Origin: an uncultured Eubacteriales bacterium
GTDB taxonomy: Bacteria > Bacillota > Clostridia > UBA1212 > CASDQQ01
NCBI GenBank assembly: GCA_949282945.1
Contig: CASDQQ010000050.1
Span: 1 to 57,559, forward strand
Length of the DNA: 57,559 nt
Direction of reading: 5' to 3'
The translations under genes were made by a program, and so were the position numbers. Under the pieces are notes generated by a model. It ran no database searches and had not been told where the DNA came from. It saw only the letters and a list, made by a program, of their open reading frames with translations. Below, piece by piece: positions 54,823 through 57,559 of the stretch; within the stretch, counting starts at the first letter, position 1, and every line of letters starts with the position of its first letter.

Positions 54823-55328
54823 ATTCCCTCTCTTTTTATAATATTTCTAATACTGTTTACAACAAAATCCATGTCCGCATTGTTTTTGACTATATAATCC
54901 GCATATTTTCTGTACAGTCCTATTCTTTTATTATACAGCTCTCTAAGATTTTTTTCTCTGTCGTTTTTAAGAAGCGGTCTGTCGTCTGAGACTATATCTC
55001 CTATAATATTCTCAAGCGGCCTGTCTATAAAGAAAATCTTTCCGCTCTTTTTCAGATATTCCATATTTTCCGATATTGTAACAACACCGCCTCCCGTAGA
55101 AATAACAATATTTTCCCCTTGAGCTATGCTTTTTGCCGCTTCGGTCTCCAGATATCTAAAATATTTTTCTCCCTTTTTTGAAAAAATATCGTTTATACTT
55201 TGCTTTTCTCTGTTCTCTATGAACTTATCCATATCTGTAAAATCCCATTTGAGAATTTCCGCAAGTTTTATGCCGACCGACGTTTTTCCGCACCCCGGCA
55301 TGCCGATTAGCACAATATTTTTCCTCAT
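54819..55328 (-). CDS. aroK: Shikimate kinase
   Basis: IVLIGMPGCGKTSVG Walker A, DMD, and STGGGVV motifs. 4-nt overlaps on both sides. Confidence 0.9.
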   Translation of the reverse strand: MRKNIVLIGMPGCGKTSVGIKLAEILKWDFTDMDKFIENREKQSINDIFSKKGEKYFRYLETEAAKSIAQGENIVISTGGGVVTISENMEYLKKSGKIFFIDRPLENIIGDIVSDDRPLLKNDREKNLRELYNKRIGLYRKYADYIVKNNADMDFVVNSIRNIIKREGI

Positions 55329-56494
55329 ATCTCCTTCCCGTCCTTTTCATAATTGCCTAAAAGTCTGAAGGTTCCAGTCATATTTTCCAGATCTTTTATC
55401 GCGTCGGCACAGCGCTCCTCCCTAATATTTCCTTCAAAGTCTATAAAAAACGCATATTCCCAATTTGCCCTGTGGAGAGGTCTGGACTCTATTTTTAAAA
55501 GGTTAAGGCCTCTTTCGCTTATAAAACGCATGGCTTCAAAAAGCGTTCCGCTCCTATGAGGAAGAGAAAACATTACGCTTATCTTGTTGGCAGACGGTTT
55601 ATTTTCCGGAATCTTCGAAAAAATAACGAACCGCGTGGAATTTTGGCTTTCTCCATTAATCCCCTCAGCCAATATATCAAGTCCATAAATTTCCGCGGCT
55701 CTTTTTCCCGCTATGGCCGCTTTCTCAAATCCGTCCGATTCCGCAACCATTTTAGCCGAAACGGCTGTATTCATATATTCGATCTGCTCCCAATCAGGAT
55801 ATTTTTTTAAAAAATCTGCGCATTGTAAAAATCCCTGTTCATGAGAATACACTTCTTTTATACCGGACAGCTCCGCTCCCTTTTTGGCCACCAGATTGTG
55901 CCTTACGGGAAGTACGTACTCACCAGTTATATAAAGATCGTATTTTGCCAACAGATCTACAGTGGCTACAACAGCTCCCGTAGAGGAATTTTCAATGGGC
56001 AGGATACCGTAATCCGCTTCCCCCGAGGTCACCCTGTCGGCAACCTGTTCGAAGCTTTTGCAGTTTGCCGCGTCTATCTCGCATTTAAAATAGCATCTCA
56101 TGGCTTCTTCGCTGTAAGACCCGGGCACTCCCTGATATGCGACCTTTACGAGCTCCGGCTTTTCGCCGTTTTTAATGGGAATATAAATTTTTTCCGCAGG
56201 AGCAGCCGCGCTTATAAGCTTTTTTTGAAAATTTTTACTGGCGTCCATGATCCCCGTGTATGTATCTTTTATATACGGCGCGTATTCCTTATTTTGAGTA
56301 AGCTCCCCCACTTTCTGCAAAATAAGCTTCTCCCTTTCCGCGTCAAAGATATTCATGCTATTTTCAAGTTTATATTTAGCTATATTTACAACACAATCCA
56401 GTCTTTTTTCCAACAGATCTATGATCCGGTCGTCATATCTATCAATATTTTTCCTCGCGTCCTCAAGGTTTATATTCTTTTTTTCAAGGCTCAT
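55325..56494 (-). CDS. pheA: Bifunctional chorismate mutase / prephenate dehydratase (P-protein)
   Basis: N-terminal AroQ-class CM helix bundle (RKNIDRYDDRIIDLLEKR), PDT domain (VAYQGVPGSYSE, NSTRFVIF) and C-terminal ACT domain (LKIESRP). ATG 56494 overlaps the aroC stop (ATGA). Confidence 0.9.
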   Translation of the reverse strand: MSLEKKNINLEDARKNIDRYDDRIIDLLEKRLDCVVNIAKYKLENSMNIFDAEREKLILQKVGELTQNKEYAPYIKDTYTGIMDASKNFQKKLISAAAPAEKIYIPIKNGEKPELVKVAYQGVPGSYSEEAMRCYFKCEIDAANCKSFEQVADRVTSGEADYGILPIENSSTGAVVATVDLLAKYDLYITGEYVLPVRHNLVAKKGAELSGIKEVYSHEQGFLQCADFLKKYPDWEQIEYMNTAVSAKMVAESDGFEKAAIAGKRAAEIYGLDILAEGINGESQNSTRFVIFSKIPENKPSANKISVMFSLPHRSGTLFEAMRFISERGLNLLKIESRPLHRANWEYAFFIDFEGNIREERCADAIKDLENMTGTFRLLGNYEKDGKEI

Positions 56495-57559
56495 CTTATA
56501 ATACCTCCGCTCATAAGTATATCCAAAATACATATAGCGGCCGCGGCTTCAATTACAGGTACGCCTCTTACCGCAATACAGGGGTCATGCCTTCCCCGTA
56601 TAAAAAGTTCTGTATTTTGCATTTCTTTCAGGTTTACTGTTTTCTGCTCTTTTGCTATGGACGGCGTAGGCTTTAGCACGGTGCTGAAAATAACCGGCAT
56701 TCCGTTGGTTATACCTCCGTTTATACCTCCGTTATTATTTGTATAAGTTTTGATCTTTCCATCCTCAGTATAAAAAGCGTCGTTTGCCTCGCTGCCCTTC
56801 ATTTTCGCCATGTTGAAACCCGCGCCGAATTCTATGCCTTTTACTCCGGGAATTGAAAATATAATGTGAGCTAGCTTGCTCTCAACAGAATCAAAAAAGG
56901 GGTCGCCCACCCCTCCGGGCAAGCCTATTATGGCAGCCTCGATAACTCCTCCTACTGAGTCTCCCTCTCTTCTTGCCTTTAAAATGGTTTCCGCCATTAA
57001 ATCAGATTTGCTCCTGTCGATTATAGGAAGGCGCATTTTTCTCATCGTTTCAAATTGTTCCTCATTAAGGGATTCGTCTGAAAAAGCCTCATCCTCGATC
57101 CCGTACACACTTTTAAGATGTGCTCCTATATATATGTCCTTACTTTTCAATATTTGCCTGGCTACAGCTCCCGCAAACATAAGTCCGGCCGTAACTCTAG
57201 CGGAAAAATGTCCTCCGCCTCTTATATCGTTCATACCGCCGTATCTCAAAAAGCCGCTATAATCGGCATGCCCCGGCCTCGGCTTTATTTTAAGCTCTGA
57301 ATAATCTTTAGAATGGGTATTTGTATTTTTTATAACAGCACAAAGGGGCGTGCCTGTTGTGTGTCCTTCTACAAATCCGCTCTGTATCTCATATTCATCG
57401 GCCTCGCTCCTCGGTGTCGTAAGGCCGTCGTAGCTTCCGTTCCTGCCGGAGCCCGGAGCCCTCCTCTTCATTTCATCTTTTAATCGCTCTTCATCAATGG
57501 AAAAGCCCGCAGGTAATCCGTCTATGACTACTCCCACCGAGTTCCCGTGGGATTCTCCA
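56491..57559 (-). CDS. aroC: Chorismate synthase (5' end outside the window)
   Basis: The frame stays open to the window edge, where it reads GESHGNSVGVVIDGLPAG, the conserved chorismate synthase N-terminus. Downstream motifs include RPGHADY and GRHDPC. Confidence 0.9.
   Translation of the reverse strand, partial: GESHGNSVGVVIDGLPAGFSIDEERLKDEMKRRAPGSGRNGSYDGLTTPRSEADEYEIQSGFVEGHTTGTPLCAVIKNTNTHSKDYSELKIKPRPGHADYSGFLRYGGMNDIRGGGHFSARVTAGLMFAGAVARQILKSKDIYIGAHLKSVYGIEDEAFSDESLNEEQFETMRKMRLPIIDRSKSDLMAETILKARREGDSVGGVIEAAIIGLPGGVGDPFFDSVESKLAHIIFSIPGVKGIEFGAGFNMAKMKGSEANDAFYTEDGKIKTYTNNNGGINGGITNGMPVIFSTVLKPTPSIAKEQKTVNLKEMQNTELFIRGRHDPCIAVRGVPVIEAAAAICILDILMSGGIIR

Noticed and set aside
1-57559. 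Window-wide look for tRNA/rRNA genes, CRISPR repeats, IS elements, integrases, prophage or toxin-antitoxin pairs
   Set aside because: I saw no cloverleaf-like or rRNA-like segments, no regularly spaced direct repeats, and no transposase, recombinase or phage-like ORFs in any frame. Intergenic regions are short and explained by promoters and terminators. Inspection by eye cannot exclude small ncRNAs.

Overview
57.6-kb chromosomal core segment of a spore-forming, low to moderate GC Firmicute. Gene order is Clostridia-like and the sporulation/germination genes cwlJ-gerQ and ypeB are present. I support 47 protein-coding genes, 40 of them on the minus strand, many joined by 4-nt ATGA start/stop overlaps. 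I also call several intrinsic terminators and a few sigma-A-like promoters by motif only. I saw no rRNA, tRNA, CRISPR array, transposase, integrase or phage genes, so this is not an obvious mobile or defence island. Content, left to right: gap; cwlJ-gerQ; an M20 peptidase; an RdgB::TrmL fusion; queH; ruvBA; a DUF885 lipoprotein; a GH127-like hydrolase; a tandem P-II-like protein with a duplicated DUF1538 membrane protein; ypeB; acpS, a PspA-family gene and a DUF2508 gene. The first plus-strand block is VanW, a YhaO-like nuclease and a YhaN-like SMC-type ATPase, followed by an AMP-dependent ligase on the minus strand. The second plus-strand block is zapA, a U32-family gene, dut and an IspF-like gene. 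Then come an orphan polytopic membrane protein; a PrsA-like gene; mfd, pth, glmU; a beta-CASP RNase; an envelope block (LCP, cohesin-like anchor, DUF5050-dockerin protein, phosphoglycosyl transferase, DegT aminotransferase) fused onto the 3' end of pgk-tpiA-gpmI; two tandem PrsA-like paralogs; an amidohydrolase; addB without addA; yhaM; and aroQ-aroK-pheA-aroC, with aroC running off the right edge. The best candidates for something undescribed are: (1) the DUF1538 plus tandem P-II pair, a possible P-II-gated transporter; (2) an adjacent cohesin/dockerin gene pair next to an LCP ligase; (3) glycan-priming genes translationally coupled to gpmI; (4) the RdgB::TrmL fusion next to queH; (5) a tightly packed U32-dut-IspF-like operon whose IspF-like protein lacks a canonical zinc ligand; (6) a Rad50-like ATPase with a membrane hairpin where the zinc hook would be. 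All family calls come from motif recognition by eye. No database search was run.
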